The position numbers and the translations under genes were made by a program. The notes under the pieces are model-generated. The model was given only the letters and a program-made list of their open reading frames with translations, was not told the DNA's origin and searched no databases. A stretch of DNA of 52,451 bases from Seison nebaliae (lineage: Eukaryota). Positions 1-13,400 of this stretch are shown here, piece after piece. The stretch is taken from contig JALJEE010000150.1 in the NCBI GenBank assembly GCA_023231475.1, positions 1 through 52,451 of the forward strand. Direction: 5' to 3'. Position 1 is the stretch's first letter, and each line of letters begins with the position of its first letter.

Positions 1-781
1 ATATATAGGAAAGTAAAGTAAACATTTCCATTTAATAATATTCAAATAACATTATGGTAATCATAAGATTAACAACTTTATTCATCACAATTTTATGATG
101 TTCACGTGTAACATTGTTTCTAATCAACTGACTACAAACTCTCAAAAATAATCTTTTTTTTTCAACGACAAGTCTTAGGAAGACCAACAAAATTTAAATT
201 GAGTTTATCCTTAACAAGTCTTAGGATTTCAAAAATTAACTTCAAAATATGGAAATTCATCTGGAACCGGATATAGATATTGAAAAAACAATTTTATGAT
301 GTTCGCATGTGAATTTGTTCACATTATTCTATCAAAACTTATTTATGTTACATTTTGTTAGCTTCGATTTTTTCAATTCAATTAAACATATAGATTATTC
401 TGAAAATTCCCAAATCTACATTATTGAAACAGAAGATAATGATAAATAGAAATGATAAGTAGAAAAATCGAATTAATACAATATTAGTAATATTAGTATC
501 GAAATATTTTTGTAATATTCACTTTTATTATTAACAATAAATAATTATTATTGAAACGAATTTTTAATAATTGAACATGGAAAAGGAAATTTCAATAAAA
601 TACTTTCAGGAAATTGGAAAACGAATTAGTCAAAGGCAAACTTTGTCTTTATGGAAGTATTTGAATGCATTTCTCAATTTCCTCCTTTCGAATGAAACTC
701 TAATTAGATGAAATCGTGACAATGGAGAAAGGAAGAGTTAAAGGAGAGATTTTCTTAAAATTTTATTAATCAAAAATAACT

Positions 782-3239
782 ATGAGTATTAATAAGTTAA
801 TAGAAAATAGTACTTGTCATGGTTTATCGTCGATTGGCTTATGTAGAAGTGGAAGATCTAAATTTTTCTGGACCTTAACTTCCTTAGCTGGTTTTCTTCT
901 TCACCAATTTTTCATTCACTAAGTCTTTTTAGCGACGTTGCTAATGTTTTGGATGATACGGATTAATATAAAAGAATATCAAATGCACAAAACAGTGATG
1001 ACTCAGACACAAATTATTGAAAATTCCATCGATTTTCCAACGATAACCATATGTAGTGGAAATCAATTGAAATTGAAATTACTTGATAAATACAAAAAGG
1101 AAGATAAACAATTAAAGAATATGATAGAAAGTGTAATGAATCTCAAGAAGAATAACTTAGATATCAGGGGAAAATATATCGCCACACTCTATTATGATGT
1201 TTTGGGAAAAATTAATAATTTTCATGTCTATTCCAATGAATATTTACCTCCAACGCATTTGACGAAATCGGATTGGGAACGAATCCAAAGAATTTATGGC
1301 TTTTTTTCCTTCTCCACTTTAACAGTGTTCAATTGTGTCAATTGTTTTAAAATTATCAGTAGATGCTTCCTCCGATTTTCAAATATCATAAACTATTTGA
1401 ATTTGACAACCGATCACAAATATCAATCGGCCATCAGTTATGACGAAATAATGGAAGATGAAATAGCCATGAAATTAACTAGATCTTATTATAAGAAATT
1501 CTCGGGCAGTTTAGATCAATTGTTAAAGAATCCACATATTCATATAATGGTATTTTACGCAAATTTCCGTCGTATTTTCGGTTTAGGTTCATGTCGCATG
1601 AAGAAGAATTATACGATAAATTTATTCGAGTATCCCAAAAAGAATTTTTTGAAGAATTTAAAAAAGAATTACGGAACGAAACCGATTCCTCTTCAATATT
1701 TTTATGACATCCACATCTTTCTCTGTTCATTCATGAAAGTGTTTTCCGTTCCACCACATTCTTCTCCCATCGAAAAGCAAATTGTGAGAGATATGAAACA
1801 AATAGTTGATTATTTCCAGATGTTCTATATTGACATAGAAGCATATATCTGGAATGGATTTGGTAACGAGATTAGGAGATTAATTGGACAATATAATAAA
1901 TATTTTCCAAATTTTAAACTTGATGTTCAACTGGTCTCTATCGCTCTCAATTTTAGCTATGTCGATAACCGACGAAAGGCACATGGTTATTCAATTCGTC
2001 AGTTAACAAACGAAGTCTGGAGATTCTTCATTTTTGATCGTGATATCAAGTATAAAATGGATAATATTGGGGAAAGAAGTTAGTGAAGACTATTCGTTCG
2101 TATCATTCGTCTCTCCCTACAGATTATTCTCTAAGGAATATATTGGAAGAAGACGGATGGAATTTGAATGGAGATATTGTCTTTTGTAAATTCGCACAAA
2201 AATTATGTAAGTCAAATGTTGATAAATTTTTTTCCAAACAATTTGATTTTTTTTAAAGGTATTTCAAAAAGTTTATACTTCCAACGGATTATGTTATCAA
2301 ATTGATACGTCGAAAAAGTTAACGATTAACGGAGACAATCCGTTGAGACAGGAAGCACCAGGAACGGCCTTTGGTTTTGAATTGCGATTTGTTGATTCAC
2401 AAGCGTCAAGTGATTCGAGCGATATTTTCACCAACAATATTCTGATATCCGGAATCCGATTATATATCCATTCTCCTCTCCATATTCCGTCGAAGGAATT
2501 GAAAGGAATTGTATTGAAGAAGAATTATCGATATAATATTCGAATAGAAATGGAAGAAGTTTGGAATTTCTTTCTTATTGATTGCTTTATGATTTCTTTA
2601 TTTGAAAAAGGTAAAATTGATCGATCGAGAAGATTATTGTAATAGTAATTCGAATTATTCATATTCGAATTGTTATGACGATTGTATTCAAAGTAAATTG
2701 GAAGATATGTGTGGATGTAGATTATATACCAATCCTTCCAAATGTTCAACACTCAATCATATTTATTGTTTATTCGCATCAGATCATCCATTTTTCAGGA
2801 AGGAAAATAAAGAACGATTATGTCCGTTTTGTCTCCGCAAATGTCATTCCACTAATTATTTGATTAAAGATATTAGTTCATCTAAACTCTCTTTATATGA
2901 CGACGCATTTAATTCTTATACGAATGGAAGTGGACGTCGAGCAATCTTAAGGTTCATTCACATTATTCAATAGTTATCAAACTGTTTGTTTTTAGTAAAC
3001 ATCAATATCAAGTTTCCGTTTATTTCGGTGATATCGGACATCGACTATTAAAAGAACAGATATTAATCTCGAAAAATAGTTTATTCCCATTGATCGGAGG
3101 AACAATGTGCTTTTGTATCGGCATTAGTTTAATTAGTTTAATGGAATTATTTTATATTATTTCACTTTATTTTAACAATCTCTTTTACTTAACCAACAAA
3201 CCAATTTCAAAAACTATTCATAATAAATTTAATATATGA
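782..3239 (+). CDS. DEG/ENaC (degenerin/ASIC-like) channel subunit A, ~744 aa, 6 exons
   Basis: N-terminal STCHG motif, post-TM1 FPTITIC, CKF..C / T..GLCY, Cys-rich thumb (YSYSNCYDDC..CGC..CPFCLRKC), TM2 IGGTMCFCIGISLISLMELF. Inferred introns 891-932, 2079-2122, 2218-2258, 2559-2610 and 2952-2995 give one open frame. Confidence 0.9.
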
Positions 3240-3521
3240 ATTCTTCAAAATTTTTATGGTATTTTGAAATGTTATTAAAAAACATAATGATAGAAATATT
3301 CAACAATTTCACTATTTCAATCTCATTCTACAAAACAATTAATTGGAAGACATTTCATTATATTATAAATCAACAACAACAACAACATTTATTTCGATTT
3401 ATAAATTATAAATTTTCTAATAATTGACAGTTATTAACTGACAAAGTTTGAAACAAGAAAATTTATCAATTAAATTGTTGAAAAATAAAATTTATTTGGA
3501 GATTAAATTAAATTGTTAGAG

Positions 3522-6245
3522 ATGAGCGAGTCCATTCTTAAGAAGATCAATAGTGCTGATCTGATAAGAGATTTTGAAATTACGGTCAATACATTAAATG
3601 GTCGAATTAAAGATGTGATGTTACTGATTTTGAAATAAGTCATTTAAAACGATGAATTTACCATATTGTAGTGTGGGCGAGAATAGATTGGAGAACGATC
3701 GCCAAGAACGTAATGAAAAAGTTAATTTACCGGGCGAGATTCGTGAGCATATTAAGAAGAGAGTTCGTCACCTAATTATTAATTTAGATCTATAAATTTT
3801 ATGATTAGCAATATGATTTCGCTTTCCCCACTAAAGAAGTGAAGAAGAAGATGGAAGAACTTAATCCAGGATTCATCGAAGAACGTCTCGTCATGAACGA
3901 ACAATTGACCATAAATAACATGCAACAATTCAAACAAATGTATTTCCAACAATGTGACGACATTGAAATATTAAGAAAAGTGATAAATTTATCAAATAAA
4001 AAAAATCATCTTTTCATCATCTAAAGGAATTGAAATGTCGGAACAGACAATTCTTAGAATTCATCATTAGAGCAAATAAGAATGTTCGTCGACTAAATCA
4101 TTTGTTACTACCTCCGACAGTTGATCAAATTCGGAAATATATCGAACGTATTCAAGATACTGTAAATGTTTATTAGAATTAAATTCGAAATTATATTTTT
4201 CAAATATTTCCAGGACGAATTGATCGAGAGTTATATGATTCAAGCGAAAAAGAATTTAGGCATGGAAATGAATGGTCTGAATACGATAGCTAATAATATT
4301 GTTTAACATTTTTATTTAGAGAATTTTCAAATAATTTCAAAAGAATTCTGTTTATGATACTCTAACCGATACTCTTGTCACTCAACACAATGTTCGAAGT
4401 AGATATCAGGATGATGAAGAGAACCAGAGAGAATATTCAAAAATTCTCAACGACACAATATTTGTTTATTTCAAAATTTTCTAATTATTATTAAAGTTGA
4501 TTGAAGGACGCGATGTATTATTTAAGAATGGCTGAAAATAGTCTCCGATTAAACAATGAGATAACTCGTAATAATCTACAAGTTCTCTTTAGCAAATAAT
4601 GAAATTGAAAAGTGATGATAATTCTCTTTAGATTTTGAATCAGAGAAGACGTTACAAAAATCTCTACATCGGCTATCAACGATCGAACAAGGGGAAGATA
4701 TTTAGGAAGTTCGAAGCTCTCAAAGCCAAATCGAAGGAACTCGACGAATATTATCGAGAAGTCATTGCGAAGAATATGAAAACGAAACAAATATTTGCTC
4801 ATCGTGTTGGAATTTTATTGAAGAATTTTCAGTTACTTCTAATTTAAAAAGTTAATATAAAATTTATTCATAAATTTAATTAGAATTCGGAAAACTGGAA
4901 AGGAGAAACATTTCTATGAAGTATGGAGAATGAAAGAAGATGTTTGTACTGAGAAAGCAAATCGATGTATCGATCTTATGATGGATATCCAGAAAAATTT
5001 AGAAGGATTCAAAGGACAAAATTTCCATTCATAGTTCACTTTTTTCTTTCAAATTTCTTTAATTCCATTCCAGTTATCCGGAACGAGCGAAAGAATTATA
5101 TAAACGTCATTTTTTCCCTAATAATAACAAAGAATTGAACACGAAAAATTTCTTGGAAGAAATTAAAATGTACGAAAATGGCGAATTGAGCGAAGGACGA
5201 CCATTCAAAATGTTGGAGCAATTTGTTAACGAGACGAAGATTAAAGAATATAAGAAATTATTATTACCAATGCCAATCGTCAAATTAGAAATTGAGAGTT
5301 TTATCGCTCTACTTAAACATCGAATTGATGCAGCGCTCGAATCCGATACTTGTAAAGTGAACGCTAAATTTCTTCGTCAACTTTTACACAATACAGTTGA
5401 AATTTAATTTGAATTCTCTTCATTTTTCTTTTAATCTTTCAGACTATTTTATTGCCAGAAAGAATTAGAAGAATTGTCGATTATGCCAAATGGGGCGAAC
5501 AATCGATAATTTTAGTCTCTCAGATTTTAGACCGTTAGAATTTGATGATTAGAAAGAATTTTCATGAAACAATTCTTCCAGGATTGAAAATTGATTCATT
5601 AGAAGAATTAGGCGTACTTGTTCAACATCTTTTAAAAAATGGTAATATTTTTCGTTTATATATTTTTCATTAGAATCTCTTCAAATAAGATGAATTGATT
5701 GGACGTAAAGAATTACTTGATCGTTTTAATGAATATATTGTTAATCGACAAATTCGGTTTAATCCCAAAATCAAGTTAAAATTATGATTATTTCTCAAAT
5801 GATGAATTTTTAAATTTCCATAATTTCCAGTTACGTAAAAGATATAAAGAGTATTGAGATGCTCGAACATCGGAATAGGGAACAAGACAATTTCTATTTT
5901 AATGCGTACGCACCTCCCGATGAACATTCGAAGGCAGTTCTCTATCTCAAATTATTCAAAAAGAAATGGATGATTTACAAGTTCTTCTTTCGTTTTAATT
6001 CAATCAAATCTAAAAATCGCAAAAGTGGTTTGATGAGACGTAGATCCGAAATCATTAAGGAATGTGTCGAATTGAAAAAAGGCAATGAAGAATTGCGATT
6101 GATGTTACAGAAGCATACTAATTCAGGTCGGGAACCATCAAAAACGGTAATACATAAAAGGAGCGATTGTGACACAATAACTGTCGCATTATCATCTCCC
6201 AGATCGCGCACACTAAATCTTACCAAAATACTTAATGTCGAATAA
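3522..6245 (+). CDS. Divergent dynein regulatory complex subunit 1 (DRC1/CCDC164)-like coiled-coil protein, ~14 short introns
   Basis: The spliced frame can be followed throughout. Segments recall DRC1 from memory: NNLQILNQR, FYEVWRMKED, LLPERIRRIV..SIILVSQILDRLKIDSLEELGVLVQHLL, RRSEIIKECVELKKGNEELRLMLQKH. Confidence 0.65.
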
Positions 6246-6264
6246 TTTGTTGAAATAAAAAACT

Positions 6265-6897
6265 TTATTTTATTTTTCTTGATAATTCCAAAATTTGTTC
6301 TGTGGCAGTTTTCGGTAAATTTTTTGGAATATGATAACTTCTGTCGGGGAAGAAACGGTTGAGAGTTGATTGTTTGGGATGTCGATTAGTAAACGGTGTC
6401 CATATTCCTTGCGTCGATGGATGAGAAGTCATATGCTTCCGTCTTAATCGATGAATTGGTTGACCCGAACGTGTTAGACAAAACTCCACCATTTGTCCTA
6501 CTTCGTCACGAGAATGTTTACAAACATCTAACGTATAAGTTTCTCCATTTACTTAAGAAAAAAATTTTTGGAAAAAAATTTGAAAATAATTTTTTTAAAA
6601 AAAAAATTTGAACAATATTCCGCTATTAATTTTGGAGAACAATGTCTAGTTGGTAATAAATAGAAAACGGATTGTTTATTTAATTCACCAAGTTTCTGAA
6701 GATTCTCTTCTAAATATTCTCTGGAGAATAGAAATAGAGAATTAAAATTGAATTAAAACGAACCGAACTCCACGACCGACTGGATTCTCTTTGCAGAATT
6801 TGAATGTCAATCGATGCATTTGGGTGAGATAAACATTTGCAGAACCATTTTGCAGATGGGCTCTCAAATACAAACTTGGTATTACTCTGGAAGTCAT
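6265..6897 (-). CDS. MRPL43: Mitochondrial ribosomal protein L43, 3 exons
   Basis: Spliced translation MTSRVIPSLYLRAHLQNG..QMHRLTFKFCKENPVGRGVREYLEENL..PKLIAEYLNGE..RSGQPIHRLRRKHMTSHPSTQGIWTPFTN matches the mL43 pattern. Confidence 0.9.
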
Positions 6898-7404
6898 TTT
6901 TTAAAGTGGAAAACTAAAAATTTAAAGTTTAAAAAAAATATTTTTTCCTTTTCAAATTTAAAATGATCAAAAGAAAATAAATAAATGATTGAAGCTATTA
7001 ATTCCGTAACAATCAAGTTCACTATTTTATTCCACGAATTGATACTTATCATTCAGTTTAGGGAACTATCATGAAATAAAATGAGAACTTAATTTTTATG
7101 AATTATATTGTTGAAGAAGTAGAGGAAAAAATTTAGTTGAGAAAATGAAAAAATATTGTTCTCGACTCCATTATTAAGATTGCTGAGTTTCTTTAAATTT
7201 ATATATGATTCATTAATGTCAAGATATTGAGATAAGAAGTATGTTGATTCAGGAAGCAGCACTTTGTTTAGCTCCGTTCACGAATTAGGAAAATCGACTT
7301 TCCGATATACTTCAGGAGATTTATAATGAAATTTATTAGAATTTATCGATTTTCTTCTCTCAATATAAATAATGTTAAGGAAGTTACGGATTCCTTGTCG
7401 GAAT

Positions 7405-10400
7405 ATGTTAAGAAAATTCTTAATAATATTTTTCCATTATATTATTTTGGGAAGAATTGATGGTCTGAATGTTGATGAAGGTTTTATTTCGGTTTTTGAA
7501 TGTTTTATCTAGAAATTCTTAAAGATTTTATCCAATGTCACGAATCAGCTTATGACGACCTGACCTTCCCAGTTTTGGCAATTGGATACACTAAAGATGC
7601 GATTACTCCTTATGAATGTAAACAAGCGTGTCTTAATACGTTGAAAGCGAATAAGGGTTATGCGTTTCTCTTTCGAGAAACCTGTCGATGTAAAGAAACT
7701 TTTTCATTCTCAACTCTGTCTGATCATACTCAATGTAATTATTATCCCTGTAATGGAGATAGTTCGATGAGTTGTGGAGGAGAAGTTGTATCTGAAGATG
7801 GTTTCATATCGAAAGGTCTGGTCTACCTGGCGGAAAGATGTACAATAGAGTCGATGAACGTAACGATGATAGGAGATGGTTTTTCTGATGAATTAAAATT
7901 TGGTGAATACATTGTCTTACCGGGTACGTATGAAATTGAGATAAATGCCAATACTTTCCCTCGGAATAAAAGTAGTGTAAAATCGATCGATATTTACATG
8001 GACATTTTTAGCGACAAATTTGGACATTCTCATTTCTTTTCTGGGATGTTTTACAATAATACTGAGCGGATACCATTCCATTTGCCTGGTTCTTATATCT
8101 TGAAAATTGTCTCTGAATGTGGTTCATCAAATCAAGAATTGTTTATAACCATAAAAGTCGAGTATAACATATCAGAAAACGGTTTGATTAAAACCTTCGA
8201 ATGTGATGAATATGAAATAATGAACGACAATATTCTCAACTGTCATGGAATTATCGATATTAACTATGCCTCGGCATTGACATCAGGTAGGAAACATGCA
8301 ATTTATGTGGATGTAGGAGATGATAATCAAAATGATATTGAAATTCTTTTGAAAAGTTTATTTTTAATAAACTGAAATTTTTCATTCTATTTTTCAGAAT
8401 TTCATCATTTTTTCTTTGGAATCCCTTTCATTTTTGGAGGAGAGGATCATGGTGAAACTGAAGAGTTGATACTTCAAAATATTTGGTTTGAACAAACCTG
8501 TTCTGTGAAAGGTTTTTTCATCGATATTCGGATGACAGACGAGTTTACTCTTTCGGTTTAAATTCGCTTTTGTTCAATAATTCTTCTAATCATTTTTCTT
8601 AAAAGATCTTGAAACCACAATGTGATCCAGGAAAAGTTAATTGTAATGGACTCTGTCAATTAGTTTGTGATAATTTCAATGAGCATAATTTGACAATAAT
8701 CGGAAATGTGGATTCTTTTCAAATTAATCGAACTATCCAAGGACTTACCCAAAATATTGGATTGCAATTTTTAGATCTCAGTCATCTGAACATCAAAGTA
8801 TTTCCTGGTTTCCGAATATCTATTAATCAACCACAGGTGATATCGCGTATTCCTAATCATTACACCAATGAGTATTTAATGGATGTTCTGTTCGATGGTG
8901 GTACACCCAACACCGAAAGTACCATCGCTTTGATGGTTAGTGCTGTTTGTGATGCAAATTACGAATATGAATTTGCGGTATCATATGAAATGGCTGATAT
9001 TTATTTGATGAATATAACATTCATGGAAGATGGAATACTCTCTCCATTCTGGCTAAATCGTTCGATTACCGTCGAGACTGATATTCCAAATTTCGAAATT
9101 GTCATTTCTCCTGTGACGTCAGAGGAAGATCATCATATCGAAGATCGAGAGATTTACATCAAACGATGGAATCCTACATTTTTCCGTATACGATTGTTCG
9201 ATGATGTTTCTGGTTAAATTATTTTTTTTTCTAATTTTAAATTGAAAATTTTCAAAATTTTTGTTTAGTCGACACATTTTTATTTAATGTGTCATTTGGT
9301 GAGGAGTTACTTTATACGAATCAAAATATTAACGATTCTTTTATTCTCCAAATAAATGAGACGATGATTGACGAATTGGAAGTTGTCGTATTTTTCGGTT
9401 TAATTTATAAACGGAACGGTTAATAATTTCTTTAATTTTTATTTTCAATAATTTCCATTAAAATAGTTTCCATCGTTGTGGTGGTGGAAGAAGTGAGTTC
9501 AATAATCATTGAGACACCAGAAAATTCATTTGCTCCTCTCAACATTCCCACCGTTTTCAATATCAATGTGACGGGATCGAATTATTCATGTTCATTCGAT
9601 TTCCATTATGATGGTAATTCACCGAATTGGATGGCGACAATCGATTCCACAAATATGTTCGATATCGTTTCAAATACTTTTACTGCTCTAGGAAATTGTA
9701 CGATTTTAGTGGAATGTAAAAATGTATTTTCATCACGAAATCAATCGAAAGAGATTGTGATCGAAGAGGAAATAAGAAATATTCGTTTCGATACATTCAA
9801 TGCTGATCTCAATCATCCATATTTCATTAAAGCTTCTTACGATTATGGAAGTAATGTGGTTGGTGAATTGAGGAAGATCGAAAATGATAATACTGAAACT
9901 CTTATCGATATTAATGTTGATGGGATAACCAAATCAATAATATCAATAGAACAACCGGCTGTTGCCATTTCACAAAATTTCAAATTGAAATTAAAACTTT
10001 CCAATTATTTGGGAGAGGAAACTAAAGAAATTATATTCGTTATTGATATTTCGTTGAATAGAATGGAAACGTCCTTAAACATTTCCGACTCATTCTTACC
10101 ATTAGGAGAATGTATACAATTGGAAGTTTCCGCTTCTTCCACTCCCACCATCCCAACCAATACTTCGCTCATAATTAATTATGGAAACGGTGATGTTAAC
10201 ACTCAGCAATTGATCGAAGGTTCTACATCTAAATATAACCAAGTTTATTGTTGGAAGAAATCCGGAAGATATCTTTTAACAGTCGATATCCACAACATGC
10301 GTTCCGGCCACATATTATTTGAAAGAATTGATGTGGTTGGAGTGTTGAGTGATAATTTGCAATTGACTTATGAACCAAATCCTGTTCCATTGACAAAATT

Positions 10401-13400
10401 TGGAGGACGAGCCTCGTTCAAATTGATCGTCAGTAATTCGAGTAGTAATGATAATGGACAACCGGCAGAAGCTAATTGTGATTGGGGCGACGGTTCATTT
10501 ACACCGTCGAAATATCATCCCAATTCAAAATGGCCGAGTATATATCCATATGTTGGAAGGTTGAATCATAATTTCATCCAAGAGAAAACATATTTGGTGA
10601 GATGTGATATAAAGAATCAATTTCATTCCTATCAGTATTGGACAGAAGTGAATGTTGAATTGAGAATTGGAGCTGCGAAAATCACTACGTACACTGAAGG
10701 AATGGGTGTTTCAAAACTAATTACTTATTATCTGGAAACGGATATGGTTGCAAAGAACGAAGAATTTGAAATCGAATGGCTCGTCGATGGACAATCGAAA
10801 CAACTCACAAATTTTCCTTGTTATTCTCTTCTATTAATTATTCTCTTTTTATTTCAACTTTCAGTTATTTCTACGAATCGAATGGATTCCTTTGCAACTA
10901 CATTCGATCGAGCTGATGCTTATTTGCTAACAGTTCGAATAACTAATAGTGTTCGCAATTATACTTATTCGTTTAACAAAACCGTGGTAATCGGCAGAAT
11001 ATTAAGAAACACGTTATATCAATTAGGATGTCACGATTCTCAATCGAAACTTTATACACAAGGTTTAATTTTCATCATTCGTTGCAGTCTTTAATTGAAT
11101 TTGATAATAATTTAAAAAGGAATTCCATTCGAACCATCTTTATATTTGAAATTTTTCGGAAGTCGAGCTGCTCCTGAAGAACAATTGGCAAATAATACTT
11201 ATCCTCTACATATCCATTTATTCGTGAGGGAAACATCAGAACGATTGAGTTCTGGAGAGAATTCAGTCACAGATATTCAGTTACCAATTGCCAATGATCA
11301 TTTGAATGATCAAATTTGGAATTTTTCTGATTTAAGTTCCATTAAACAATTATCGTTATTGGAACCGGGGAGATATACGATCGTAGCCAAACTGGTTAGT
11401 GGTGGACAGAGGATCAAGAAGGTTCTGTTACTTTATCATGATCTGGAAGTGAAATTTGAACAAGATCCATTCGACATTTTATTTCGACCGAATTTCCCCT
11501 TTGGAAATAAAAAATATTTTAAAGGAATGGATATCGCTGGAGATGTGTTTCCAATTAATGTTCTTCTCAAATTCATTCCCAATCTCCAACAAGGTATTCC
11601 TAACGAATATTTAATCGAAATTAATTGTTTGACTCAGCCAATTCCATTTATTCGCAAGAAGTTTACCATCTCTCAACAAATTATTATCAAGTTATATTTT
11701 ATTGGTACTTATGAAATAAATTTGGTCGCTAAATATGGGGCGTCAAGCGAAACGTTTAGTAGGAAGAAAACGATTAAATTAATCGATAATTCAGTTGGTG
11801 GTAAAGTGGTAGTGAATGACCAATCGGAAATTTATTGGAAGGACATTGGCGAAGAGGATGAGATAATGATAAAGATCGAAACTAATTCATTATTCTCGCA
11901 ATTTCCCCAATGTATTTTCACCATAACTGATGACGGAACTGAAAAGAATTTGATCCATATGATGGAGAGTGAAAAAGATTTCTGCATTTCACTTACTCAT
12001 CCACTCTCCAGATCATATGTCGTGCAACATAAACGGAACGTTGAAATTATCGATGAGGATCTTTTAGTTTTCACTTTCCATTATTCATCCAATCGATTAG
12101 ACAGAACTAAATCATATAAAATCTATACGGAAAGTTGTACGGAATATATCGAATTGTCATATCGGATGAATATTATCATTCCCATTTTCCGTATTGGCAC
12201 CGCCGTCTTATTGGAAGATGTGAGTAACCCAAATGATAAAATTGAATGTCCTCCAATTCATTTCGTCGTGGATGGAGAAGTGAAAGGAATCAATCTGGAG
12301 AACATGAAACCGTTAATTCCGGTGAAGACCAATATCGTCTCTGTTCATATTGTGAAACCGTCGTGCAATAATTTGATACGGTTAGCGAAAGAATGGAAAA
12401 TATATGAAATTGATGATTATGGCGAACGATCGACAATGATCGATATGGAATATACTTTTGAAGAAAAATCGATGTATAATAGTGAAGTACTTTTCCTTCC
12501 AGCTAATGTAATACTTCCTCGTTTCTACGAATTCGTATTTGAAGTTAAATATGTTGATGATTTAGAGACAACTCCTTCTTCTATCTCCATTTTCGTTAAC
12601 GTCACTAAAGCGAGAGTGGAAGCGAAATTATTCAATTCGATCGCTTCCGAAATATTGATAAGTCAAAAAAATAATTTGAACATAAATCTTTTAAATAATA
12701 CTTATGACTATCAAACAGAATCACTTATCGATGAGAAGGAAGTAGAACAACTTTTATATTTTTGTCGAACCATCGGTGATGAATGGCCAATCGATATCAA
12801 AACGGATTGGTACGATATACGGAACATTCGTTTACCATTCGATAAGAATAGAGGCGGTTGTTATGGAAGTGGTTCTGGGAGAATAGGTGACGGAAATTCG
12901 ATTGAATTATATACGAATCTCATGAAATTAAATGAAATTTATGAGTTAATGGGAATCATTCAAATGAAAGATGGTCGAACATCCACCACAAACATCAAAT
13001 TGAAATTAACAGAACAAACAATTTATTCTATTAAAATTGCATGTGCCGTTCCATCATTATGTCGAACAGTATCGGATGGAATATGGATAAATGGTGGAAC
13101 TAAAATTGTTCTTATATCTGAATGTTTGAATTGTCTCAATAATGTTTTTGGTGATGAATTCCGAAATTATTGGCGAATTCGTTATTATTTTGATGAGGAC
13201 GTAAGAAAGGAATTATCGAACCAGAATCTAGTGGAATTTCCCAATCTCTCAAATAAGACGTTGTGTGAAAAAGTGAGAACTGTTGATGATTCTTATTGGA
13301 TTTATATCGATGATATAACTGAAACAACAGCGATTGATGAGAAAACTTTCGTTATTCAACCTGAACTTCTCAACAAATATTGGATGATAAAACAATTCGA

